Source of the DNA: a virus
Lineage: Duplodnaviria; Caudoviricetes
Length of the DNA: 28,198 nucleotides
Virus record (IMG/VR): IMGVR_UViG_3300017777_000785
Span: 1-28,198 of that record
Reading direction: 5' to 3' (one strand)
Of the stretch, positions 1 to 9,800 are shown piece by piece (the first letter of the stretch is position 1; every line of letters begins with the position of its first letter). Under the pieces are notes generated by a model. That model saw only the letters and a list, made by a program, of their open reading frames with translations. It made no database searches and was not told the DNA's origin. Both the position numbers and the translations under genes were made by a program.

Positions 1-2154
1 AAACCAGGAGTTAACCGAGATCAAACTGATTATGCCTCAGAAGGCGGTTGGTATGACATGGACAAAGTTCGCTTCCGTTCAGGCTTCCCTGAAAAACTAG
101 GTTGATGGACTGTTAAAACTTTTGATCAGTACGAAGGCTCCGCACGTAGTCTATTTACATGGGCTGCTATTAGTGGAGCTAAGTTAACAGCTATTGGCAC
201 TAATGAAAAAATATATGTTAATACAGGTACCGCACTCTACGATATAACACCTCTTCGTGTTACCTATACCTCTACAACAACGCCTTCATCTACTGATTGT
301 TTTAAAACTACATCAGGTTCTAACCTAGTTGAAATATTAAATATTACTGCAGGTATAGAAGATGGTGAGTGGGTAACATTTAGTGGTGTAACTGTTGCCG
401 TAGGTGGTGTGCCCGCTGCAAACTTTAATAACGAATTCCAAATTACTATTGTAAGCGGTACACCTTATATTGCTGTAGCTACAACTGCAACTTCTACTGC
501 TACATCGTCTGGTAATTCAGCAATCATCGCTCAATTTGAAATTAATATTGGTTTTTCTATTGTAACAGCAGGCTATGGTTGGGGTGCAGGTACATGGTCT
601 CGTGGTACTTGGGGCTCTGGTTCTGTCACACCTATTTACTTCCCAGCTCGTTTAGAATTCTTTGATAACTTTAATCAGAACTTAGTCTTTAATATTAGTG
701 GTGCTGATCTTTATTATTGGGAATATGATGACTCTTTTACAACTCGTGCTGTAACATTACAGTCTATAGCAGGTGCTATCGCGGTTCCTAGAGAAGTAGA
801 TTATGCATTGTTTGCGTCATCAGGGCATTATGTAGCACTAGGTTGTACTAATTATGCAGCTACAACTGTAGCGGGTGTATCCATGTCAAGCTTGACACGT
901 GGTGGTACAGGTAACTTAACAGCTACAGTTACAACGTCTACGGCGTATGGCTTATTATCAGGTGATTACATTACTGTAACAGGATGCATACCTACCCAGT
1001 TTAATGGTACTTTCCAAATTACTTATATTGATGCTACGCATTTTAGCTATACTATGTTAACAGCGCCCTCTGGTAACGCTTCAACTGTAGGAACATACGT
1101 ATACAATAATTATACTGGCAGCTATGATCCACTACTTATTCGTTGGGCAAACGTTGATGCAACGATTGGTCCTGAGCCTGAAGTATGGCAACCGACTGCT
1201 ACAAATACAGCAGGGTTCTTACGACTTCAATCAGGTTCTAACATAGTAGCTGCAATAAATTCAAGACAAGAAATGTTGATCTTTACAGATACTTCACTGA
1301 CATCTATGCAGTTCTTAGGTACATCAGAAGTGTTTGGTTTACAAGAGTTATCACATAATATTTCTATTGCAGGACCTAATGCTGTAGTAGGTATTAACAA
1401 TGTAGTTTACTGGATGGGACGTGATAAGTTCTTCACATACTCTGGTCGTGTGGATGCATTACCTTGTACACTACGTCAATACATATTCTCTGATATTAAC
1501 TATAACCAAGCACAACTATTCTTTGCGGGTACTAATAATCAGTTTAACGAAGTTATTTGGTTTTATTGTTCAGGTACATCTAATGAAATTGATCGCTATG
1601 TGATATATAACTACTCAGAAAGTATTTGGTACTATGGTCAACTAGAGCGAACTTCGTGGCTAGATTCAGGTGACTTCACTAATCCTATTGCAGCGTACGA
1701 TGGTTGGATCTATGATCAAGAAAATGGTGTAGATGATGGTCAACCTAATGGTGCAGCGCCGGTAGCTATACAAGCTTATATTCAGTCTGCGAGTGTTGAT
1801 ATTGATGATGGTGATAAATATATGTTAGTACGTCGTATTATTCCAGACATTAACTTTACACAATCAGAACAAATTAATCCTGTGACAGGTTTGCCTAATA
1901 CTATTCAAACTACAATTACTGTAGGGGTTCAAAACTTCCCAGGTGCTGCAACGGCTACTACAAACGCATCAGGTATATCTACTGCTCGTAACATAGTAAC
2001 GGCAACAGCCACAGTGGATCAATATACAAACCAAGTATATGTAAGATGTCGTGGTCGTCAGATGAGCTTTAGAATTGAGTCAAACGATGTGGGAACTCAG
2101 TGGCAACTAGGTATGCCTAGAGTTGATGCGCGTCCAGATGGAATGAGAAACTAA
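1..2154 (+). CDS. Virion tail protein (tail nozzle/stabilization-protein-like), 5'-partial; reading frame extends to base 1 but contains one in-frame TGA at 103-105
   Basis: Frame 1 reads KPGVNRDQTDYASEGGWYDMDKVRFRSGFPEKLG*WTVKTF... and is otherwise open into the listed 409..2154 ORF. It has a WG repeat (GWGAGTWSRGTWGSG), beta-rich composition and a C-terminal RGRQMSFRIES...WQLGMPRVDARPDG, and lies just upstream of ejection-type genes. Confidence 0.65.
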
Positions 2155-2456
2155 TGGCTGAAATAAATATAACAACTACTAAAGCACCGGCGTTAACATT
2201 AACACCTACGCAGTTTTCTCAAGTGCATTTTGATTTACTTAATGCTCAACTACGAGTCTATTTTAATGCAGTGGACTCTGTAAATAATCAAATACAACAA
2301 GCAGTTAATACTTTATCAATCCCCAGTTCAGGAACTACAGCTTTACGCCCAACTACTAGTTTACAAGTGGGACAGTATTATTTTGACACTACATTAACTC
2401 TACCTATTTACTGGACCGGAACTAATTGGATAAATGCTGCAGGAACCGTGGTTTAA
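2154..2456 (+). CDS. Small virion/tail-associated protein
   Basis: 100-aa ORF coupled to the upstream gene by a TAATG overlap. N-terminal APAL..P..F.Q..FD.LN.QLRVYFN motif and C-terminal GQYYFDTTL..PIYW.GT.W motif of the kind seen in tail-fibre-associated proteins. Confidence 0.55.
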   Translation: MAEINITTTKAPALTLTPTQFSQVHFDLLNAQLRVYFNAVDSVNNQIQQAVNTLSIPSSGTTALRPTTSLQVGQYYFDTTLTLPIYWTGTNWINAAGTVV

Positions 2457-2459
2457 TCT

Positions 2460-2489
2460 TTGTTTCTAGGGTTTAAACTATGATATTAT
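2460..2489 (+). promoter_or_regulatory. Putative sigma70-type extended -10 promoter for the ejection-protein operon
   Basis: TTGTTT(2460-2465)-N18-TATTAT(2484-2489) preceded by TG (TGATATTAT) in the only sizeable intergenic gap of the late module. AAGGA RBS precedes the ATG at 2515. Confidence 0.4.
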
Positions 2490-2514
2490 TACACTATATT
2501 AAAAAGGACGTTTT

Positions 2515-3822
2515 ATGGCAACACATCAACTAGCACAAGGCTTAGCTTCTCTCGGTAGATATGGTGATTCCATGCTTATGCATGTTAGCCCAGCTGAAGT
2601 AGAGGGATTAAGTGCACTGGGTAAAATGACAGGTCATAAACTACATACTAATCCTCATACAGGTATGCCTGAAGCGTTTGACTTTGGTAGCTTTCTTGCT
2701 TCTCTTTTACCTACAGCTGCAGGATTTATGGTAGGTGGTCCAGCAGGGGCTGCTATGGGACTTAAAGGTACAGCCGCAACACTTGCTCCGATTGCAGCAG
2801 GTATGGCTACTGGTGCCGCAGTTGCTGGTGCTAAAGGCGATGATTTGCTGACGGGTACTTTAATGGGCGGACTTGGTGGATTTGGCGGTGGTAATTTAGC
2901 AGGTACGTTTGGTAAAATGGGCGCAGGGAATGTTGCTACTGCGGGTGGTGCAATACCAGAAAATGCTATTGCTGCTACTCCAATCGACGCTACACAATTA
3001 AGTCAACAAATAGGTGGCGCTAATTTAACAGGAGCAGTTGCTCCAGGATCGGCAGTTGCTACTGCCCCTATGACATATTCAGAGGGTCTTGGACAAATGG
3101 GTAAAGGTGTTGGACAGTTAGCATCTGATCCATTTGGCACAGGATATAAAGCATTTACTGATGCGGGAGGTTCAGCGTTTGATTTAGCAGCTCCTGTAGG
3201 TATGGCAGGTTTAGCAGGTATGCAAGGAGATATGTATCCTGAAATGGATACATCATTAGAAGAAAAACGTAAAGCTGAAGAAAATAAATATAGAGACCCT
3301 AGAACAGGTTTATTAAATCTAGCTCAAGCTTCTCCAGGTTTAAGATTAGCTACAGGCGGTACTGTTAATAATAATACAAGTACTATTTCATCAGGCGGCA
3401 TTCAAGATTTATATGGCACAAATGATCAAACAACAGGCACACAAGATTTAAGTAAAGATGGTTATGGTATTGGAAGACTTGAAAATTTAGCTTCACAAGG
3501 TTCTAATGCTAAAGCCGCAGACTCATTTTATGCTATGGGCGGTCCAATTGCTTTTGCTAAAGGCGGACATCAAGGTTATTTAGATGGCGCTGGTGATGGT
3601 ATGTCAGACTCAATCCCTGCTACAATAGAGGGTAAGCAACCAGCTCGTTTAGCTGATGGTGAATTTGTAATTCCTGCTGATGTAGTAAGTCATATTGGTA
3701 ACGGCTCTTCTAAAGCAGGTTCAAAACAATTATATGCGATGCTAGATCGTATTAGAAAAGCAAGAACAGGTCATACTAAACAAGGTAAAGAAATCAAACC
3801 TAATAAATACATGCCTGCATGA
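2515..3822 (+). CDS. Internal virion (ejection) protein, Gly/Ala-rich
   Basis: 435 aa. N-terminal GRYGDSMLMHVSPAEV...TNPHTGMPEAF motif, hydrophobic Gly-zipper segments, and a C-terminal GAGDGMSDSIPA...LADGEFVIPADVV motif typical of tape-measure/ejection proteins. Confidence 0.6.
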   Translation: MATHQLAQGLASLGRYGDSMLMHVSPAEVEGLSALGKMTGHKLHTNPHTGMPEAFDFGSFLASLLPTAAGFMVGGPAGAAMGLKGTAATLAPIAAGMATGAAVAGAKGDDLLTGTLMGGLGGFGGGNLAGTFGKMGAGNVATAGGAIPENAIAATPIDATQLSQQIGGANLTGAVAPGSAVATAPMTYSEGLGQMGKGVGQLASDPFGTGYKAFTDAGGSAFDLAAPVGMAGLAGMQGDMYPEMDTSLEEKRKAEENKYRDPRTGLLNLAQASPGLRLATGGTVNNNTSTISSGGIQDLYGTNDQTTGTQDLSKDGYGIGRLENLASQGSNAKAADSFYAMGGPIAFAKGGHQGYLDGAGDGMSDSIPATIEGKQPARLADGEFVIPADVVSHIGNGSSKAGSKQLYAMLDRIRKARTGHTKQGKEIKPNKYMPA

Positions 3823-4229
3823 AACAAATACAATTAGTAAGTCCAGACTTTGTAACTACACTCTGGGATAAAATACAACCTTTTTTTGATGCGTCATTTA
3901 AATATAGTAATGATGATTATAGTATTGATCAAATTAAAATGTTGTTAGTAAATGGTCAACAAAGACTTTTAGTTGCAGTTGAAGACGAAAACATTATTGG
4001 TGCTTCAGCAGTTGAGTTTATTAATTATCCTAATCAAAGAGTATTACATATTACATCGATGGGTGGTAAAGCATTAATTGAACCTGATATGATTAAGCAA
4101 TTTGAAGACTGGGCTAAATCACAAGGCGCCACAAAGATTAGAGCATTTGCACATGACGCTCAAGCAAGATTATATAGAATGAAAATGGGTCTTAATACCG
4201 TAACGCACGTGGTGGAGAAAACAATATGA
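3819..4229 (+). CDS. GNAT-fold acetyltransferase-like virion-module protein (positional analogue of T7 gp13)
   Basis: 136 aa with a GNAT-like pattern (LLVAVEDENIIGASAVEFINYP..RVLHITSMGG...FEDWAKSQGATKI). ATGA overlaps on both sides; lies between tail and ejection genes. Confidence 0.6.
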   Translation: MKQIQLVSPDFVTTLWDKIQPFFDASFKYSNDDYSIDQIKMLLVNGQQRLLVAVEDENIIGASAVEFINYPNQRVLHITSMGGKALIEPDMIKQFEDWAKSQGATKIRAFAHDAQARLYRMKMGLNTVTHVVEKTI

Positions 4230-5326
4230 AATTATTTAATATATTTAACTGGGTACAAAACCTAGTAGAAGCATTTACTTTCTATTCCGGAGGCGGGGGC
4301 GGGGGTTCACAAACTTCTACAGGTACTACATATACTTCTAACTTACCAGAATATGCTAAGCCTTTCTTTGAACAGGCAATGGTAGAGTCTGCTAAGAATG
4401 TATTTACGACAGGTCCTGGCGGTGAAGTTACAGGCATCAAACCGATGCCTACTTATACAGGCGAAAGAGTTGCAGGATTTACTCCGGGTCAAGTAGATGT
4501 CCAAAGAAATATTGCGGGGCTTACTCAACCAGGCGGTTTTGCAGATGCAAGAACTGGATTAGGTATGGGCTCAGGTATGGGCTATGGTACTGCTGGTGCT
4601 GGATTATCAGGTGCTTTAGGTTATAGACCTGCTTCAGTGTATGGGGGCACATTTACTCCCGGTATGGCTGAATATTATGGTGATCCATATCAACAACGTG
4701 TCACTGATATTGCACTAAGAGAAGGTCGACGTCAAGGTGACATTGCTGCACAACAAGGCGCTATGGGCGCTATTAAACGAGGTACATTTGGTGGAGCTCG
4801 TCAAGCATTAATGCAAACTGAACTAGAAAGAAACTTACAACAAAACTTAGCAGATATTCAAGCTAAAGGAAGCCAAGCTGGGTTCCAATCTGCACAACAA
4901 CAATTTAATGCCGATGCTGCAAGACAATTACAAGCACAACAAGCTAATCAACAAGCACAGCAAGGTGCAGCTCAATTACAATCTCAAGTAGGACTTGGTG
5001 GATTATCAGCTGGACTACAAGCATCTAAAGATCAAGCTATGACAGCAACTGCAGAACAAACAGCTAATCTTGAAAGACTTAAAACTCAGGCGGCTAGTGA
5101 AGGCGAGAAACAAGCACTGCAACAAAAAATTAATGATCTTCAATACCAAACAGCGATGGAACAACGCGATTATGAAAAGAAACAACTCGAGTTCTACAAT
5201 GCAATGCTTCGTGGAAGTCCTGGTTTGGCTCAAACACAAATTCAATATGCACCTCAAGTTTCTGGTGTATCACAGCTTGGTGGACTTGGTTTAGGTGCAC
5301 TTGGTCTTTCTAAAGCACTAGGATAA
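4226..5326 (+). CDS. Internal virion/DNA pilot (ejection) protein, P22 gp7-like architecture
   Basis: 366 aa. Leader followed by SGGGGGG, then LPEYAKPF, a GTFGGARQAL motif, Q/A-rich coiled coil and a C-terminal GGLGLGALGL glycine zipper. Confidence 0.6.
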   Translation: MKLFNIFNWVQNLVEAFTFYSGGGGGGSQTSTGTTYTSNLPEYAKPFFEQAMVESAKNVFTTGPGGEVTGIKPMPTYTGERVAGFTPGQVDVQRNIAGLTQPGGFADARTGLGMGSGMGYGTAGAGLSGALGYRPASVYGGTFTPGMAEYYGDPYQQRVTDIALREGRRQGDIAAQQGAMGAIKRGTFGGARQALMQTELERNLQQNLADIQAKGSQAGFQSAQQQFNADAARQLQAQQANQQAQQGAAQLQSQVGLGGLSAGLQASKDQAMTATAEQTANLERLKTQAASEGEKQALQQKINDLQYQTAMEQRDYEKKQLEFYNAMLRGSPGLAQTQIQYAPQVSGVSQLGGLGLGALGLSKALG

Positions 5327-5335
5327 GGATAAAGT

Positions 5336-6874
5336 ATGAACCTCTTAAAAATACAAGACATGCTCAAAGGTGCGCCTGATCAAACATTAGTAGGCTATGT
5401 TCAAAACCCTAGTGGTCAAGTACCTACGTATTTAGCGTTAAGTGAATTGCAACGTAGAAAAGAAATGCGTGCTTCATACCAAGCTACTAAACCAGAAGAT
5501 AAATCAGTTGCAGAAGACTTAGTTCAAGAATCCCAACCGGGTGTTATGGGCTTACCTGCAGGACAACCTATGCAACAAGCAATGCAACCACCACCAGAAA
5601 TGCCTGCAGAACAAATGGCTCAAGGCGGTTTAGCAGAACTTAATGTGGGTGATATGTATGATGAAAACAATTATGCTAACGGCGGTATCGTTGCGTTCGC
5701 TGATGGTGGTGATGTTCAAAACTACGCTGAAGGTGGCACTTCTAGAATAGGTGATTTTTTTAGATCTAAGATGGATAAATACGACATCGATAGACAGATT
5801 AATGAGCTTATGTCTGAAAAAAATAAATACAGATTTGATTATTTAGGTTCATATACACCAGAACAACGTGCGGCGGCGGAAGCTAAAAACCAACAGATTG
5901 ATGCGCAGATTGCGGACTTACAATCTAAACGAGGCTCTACATCACAAACTGCTGCAAGTACTACACCAGGTGGATACGTATATAAACCAGGAGAAAGCGC
6001 AGTTGTTGGAGGTAATGCTCCTGTTGATAACACAGTTAAGTTTGCAGATTTACCTGTTCAACCTAAATCTAATAGTAACTTTGGCGCACCTAAATTAAAT
6101 ATTCCTGAGGCGCTTACTATAGATAAAGCTATGGAAGATCGTAAGAGAGCTATGGAACTAGCAGGTGTACCTACAGACTTTTACTCATCAGAAGCTGAAA
6201 GAAATAAAGCTGATCGTGAAGCATTAAAAGAAGATAAAGAAAAAGCAAAATACTTTGCGGTAGCAAAAGCAGGATTTAAAATGGCTTCTCAAAGACCTCA
6301 ATACGGTAAAGGACAAAGTGCTTTTGCTGATATAGCAGAAGGTGCTGAAGCAGGTCTTGAACAATATGGCAAAGATGTTAAAGATATTAAAGCTGAAGAT
6401 AGACTTCTTAAACAAGCTGATCGCAAACTTGCTGAAGCTCAATACCTACAACAACGTGGTGACGCTGAAGGTGCGATGAAAAAGATTAGTGAACGAGAAG
6501 CTCTTATACAAGACTATAATAAATTACAATACTCAGGTGGTGTTCAACTTCAAGCCGCTAAAATTGCCGCATCCAGACCTACTGATATGGGCATGTTGCT
6601 TGACGAAGCTAGAAAAGATCCTAAATATTATACTAAGAAAGATGGTAAAGCAACGTTTGATCTTTCTAAAGCGCTCGATGATATCAAAGGATATGGAAAT
6701 AAACTTGATATAGCTTCATTAAAATCACTTACTGACGAACTTAAAACTACATTTGATCCTATTAAGAAAGCAGAAATTCAAGCTAAGATTGAGGCAATCA
6801 TATCTGGTGGCGGTAGTGATGGCTCAATGAGTTCAGCAATTCCATCAGGTGTTAAGGTAACAAGAACTCAATAA
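5336..6874 (+). CDS. Internal virion (ejection) protein
   Basis: 512 aa, helical and charged, with four [MYF]AxGG motifs. AAGGA RBS; second-to-last gene of the ejection cluster. Confidence 0.55.
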   Translation: MNLLKIQDMLKGAPDQTLVGYVQNPSGQVPTYLALSELQRRKEMRASYQATKPEDKSVAEDLVQESQPGVMGLPAGQPMQQAMQPPPEMPAEQMAQGGLAELNVGDMYDENNYANGGIVAFADGGDVQNYAEGGTSRIGDFFRSKMDKYDIDRQINELMSEKNKYRFDYLGSYTPEQRAAAEAKNQQIDAQIADLQSKRGSTSQTAASTTPGGYVYKPGESAVVGGNAPVDNTVKFADLPVQPKSNSNFGAPKLNIPEALTIDKAMEDRKRAMELAGVPTDFYSSEAERNKADREALKEDKEKAKYFAVAKAGFKMASQRPQYGKGQSAFADIAEGAEAGLEQYGKDVKDIKAEDRLLKQADRKLAEAQYLQQRGDAEGAMKKISEREALIQDYNKLQYSGGVQLQAAKIAASRPTDMGMLLDEARKDPKYYTKKDGKATFDLSKALDDIKGYGNKLDIASLKSLTDELKTTFDPIKKAEIQAKIEAIISGGGSDGSMSSAIPSGVKVTRTQ

Positions 6875-6877
6875 AAA

Positions 6878-9800
6878 ATGCCTTCATACAAAATTGAAAT
6901 TCCGGGTCAAGGTTCTTTTAATGTTGACTCTCCCACGGAATTAACTGATGATCAAGCCTATCGAGCTGTTCAACAACAGTTACAAATAGAAGCTCAACCC
7001 CAAACTGCCGGTATAGGTGAAGCCCTAAAAGGTGGAACTAAACGCCTAATAGAGTCTATCCGTACTGGTATAGAAGCCCCGTTTATTGGTGGTGAAGAAG
7101 CGGCTACAAAAGGTCTTGCTCGTCAAGAAGCAATTACAGAACGCCCCGCTGCAAGTCTAGATGAAATTAAACGCATCTATGAACAAAAAGGTTTGCTCCC
7201 CGCAGCTAAAGAAGCCGTATCCCAACTCCCCGCAAGTATAGCCGAACAAGCTCCATTTATTGGTACTATGATTGGCGGTGCTAGATTAGGTTCAATGGCA
7301 GGATCTGCATTTGGTCCAGTAGGTACTGTTGTTGGTGGATTAGCAGGCGCTGCAATATCTCCATTCCTTTCTGCTGCGGGTTCTAATATTGAACGTCAAG
7401 CTCAAGAGGATTTAAAATCAGGTAAACCTATTAGTATTGATAGGACTAGAGCGTATTTAACTGCAATACCGCAAGCAGCTCTTGATGTAGGTGCTATGGA
7501 GATAGGCTTAGGTAGAGCTTTAGGTATTTCTAAAATGGGTACTGAAGCTGCAGAAAAAATGGCGACAGAGTCATTAAAAAAATCTATTGCTATAGGTATT
7601 GGTAAAACTGCGCTAGCTGAAGTTCCTACAGAAGTTATTCAACAAATGTTAGAAAGATCCCAAGCTGGACTTTCTTTAACTACTCCAGACGCAGTAAAAG
7701 AATATAAAGACACGGCATATCAAGCAGTATTATTATCTCCGTTAGGAAGCGCGGCACGTATTGTAGAACGAGGAGAAGCCAAACAAAAAGTAGAAGCGCT
7801 GGCTAATCTAGGCGCAGACCAACAACGAGCTTACGAAGAATCAATTAGAGCTGAACAAGTTGCTAAGCTTAAAAATGACGTTGAAGAAATGCAGAGACAA
7901 AAAGCAATTCAAGATGCTATTCTTCCGCCAGAACAATATAAATTATTAGCTGCCCCTAAACAAGAACCAATTGTAGCTACGTCAACAGAAGCTTTAGGCA
8001 CAGAAAAACAAATAGAAGAGTATTTAAAAACTGTTCCAGAAGATCAACAAGTTGCAGAACGCGCAAGACTTATGGGTATGGCACCACAGCCTATTCAATC
8101 AATTATTTCTGACACTACATTACAAGATTTAGGTATCGGTAAATCAGCTATAATTAGAAAAAATGGAATACTACAAAATTTAGATTTAACTAATCCAGAA
8201 AAAGCTCAAGAAGCTGTAGATATTTTAACTGCGTATAAAGATACAACAGGCGTTAATAAGAATACTAAAGCTAAAGTTGAAGAATATATTGCTAACATTC
8301 CTAATTTAATAGAGGCAGCTAAAAATGAAAGATTGGTCACCGCAGGATCTAGAGATAATCTTCAAGTATCTGGACAACCCGTATCAGGAGAAGTTTCCCC
8401 TACAGCTCAAGGAGAGCTCGGAAATGGAGTTACTGACCTTGCAGACGTTACTGGAAGACTTGAAGGACGAACAGAGGCACAGCCCGCTGCACTAGCACCT
8501 GAAACTACAGAGGTAATGAAATCCGCAGAAGAGCTTGCACCTACTACGGAAAAAAAGATTGAAGATGCTAAAGGATTAGCTAAAGAATTAGGTGGAGAAT
8601 CCGCTCAAATATTACAAGCACCTTTTGATAATCCCGGATATAACTATACTACTAAAGACGAAGTTGAAGTTACCTTTAGACCAGAGGGCAAAATATTTGA
8701 ACTAGTTCCTGGAGATGAATCTACACAAGTTGGAAGTGACGTTCATTTAGATTACATAGGAAGTAAAATAAAAAACCAAGGACTTGCAAGTAAAGAGCTA
8801 GATAGAATTATTAAAAAAGCAGACCAAAATAATTTATCACTGTCTATAGAAGTTGCAAAACAAGATGAAGAAGGCTTATCAAACGCTCAACTTAAAAAAT
8901 GGTATGAAAGAAAAGGATTTATTTTTCCTGAAGGGTATGATTCAGAAGTTGGGTATAGACCTAGATCTGATGAAGACATATCTCAATATCAACAAAAAAC
9001 AATCGCTGTTGCAGATAATAAAATTTTACCTATACAAAATCAAATTAATGGTGATCTAAGAAACAGAACTTTTTCTGAGCCCGATTCATTTTTTGGTCAT
9101 TATGGTAATGGCGATTTACTTACAGGTTATCATGCGGTACCTTCTTATGCTACTAAATTTGATGACATTTATTATTATGACGGTAAAAATAAACCTACTA
9201 AAGTTGGTAACTTAAAAACTGAATATGATTCAGCCTTAAGAAAATTGATTGTTGGTCGCATAGGAGCAAAAGAATCTCGTACTGAAAGTGCAACTACAGG
9301 GTCAACTGTAGCAGATATAATATCTGCATTAAAACAAGAATTTGGTAATATTATGTCCGGTATTAATAGAGGTCTTATTAATATTCAATCAACTACTGAA
9401 GCACCTAAAGAAATACGAGATCAAATTGGTCCTACTACAAAAGCTTTATTTTATAAAGACAAAGTCTATATCTTTAATGATAGAACAACACCTAATGAAG
9501 CTAAACGTGATTTACTACATGAACTTGGTGCGCACTATGGATTACAAGGTATGCTTGGTAAAGCTAAGTTTAAAGAAATACTACAACTTTTACGCCAAGG
9601 TAAAATTAGTAACCCTGAAATTAAAGCAGTATGGGAAAGAACGCGCAAAGTTTATCCTGATATTGCTGAGTCAAGCGATTTATATGCAGAAGAAGTTCTA
9701 GCTAGGTTATCTGAGACTGCGCCTAATAACACATTAGTACGTCGTGTCATGGGCTACATAAAACAATTCTTAACTAAGTTAGGGTTTGGTTGGAATACAG

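Noticed and set aside
103-105. Genome-wide TGA reassignment (genetic code 4 or 25)
   Set aside because: TGA terminates several genes at ATGA junctions (3819-3822, 4226-4229, 25446-25449) and all other long genes are intact in code 11.
4880-4990. CAA/GCA-rich pseudo-repeats as a DNA repeat array
   Set aside because: Explained by Gln/Ala-rich coiled-coil coding sequence; no fixed-period DNA repeat.
1421-6713. Short alternative-frame or antisense ORFs in the virion module (1421, 4343, 5015, 5070, 5839, 5868, 6224, 6489)
   Set aside because: Fully nested in longer genes, with shadow-like composition and no convincing RBS.
8853-9701. Listed alternative-frame ORFs 8853..9059 and 9342..9701 as further overprinted genes
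   Set aside because: TTG starts, no clear RBS, and K/L/I-rich composition typical of +1 shadow frames over well-constrained domains.
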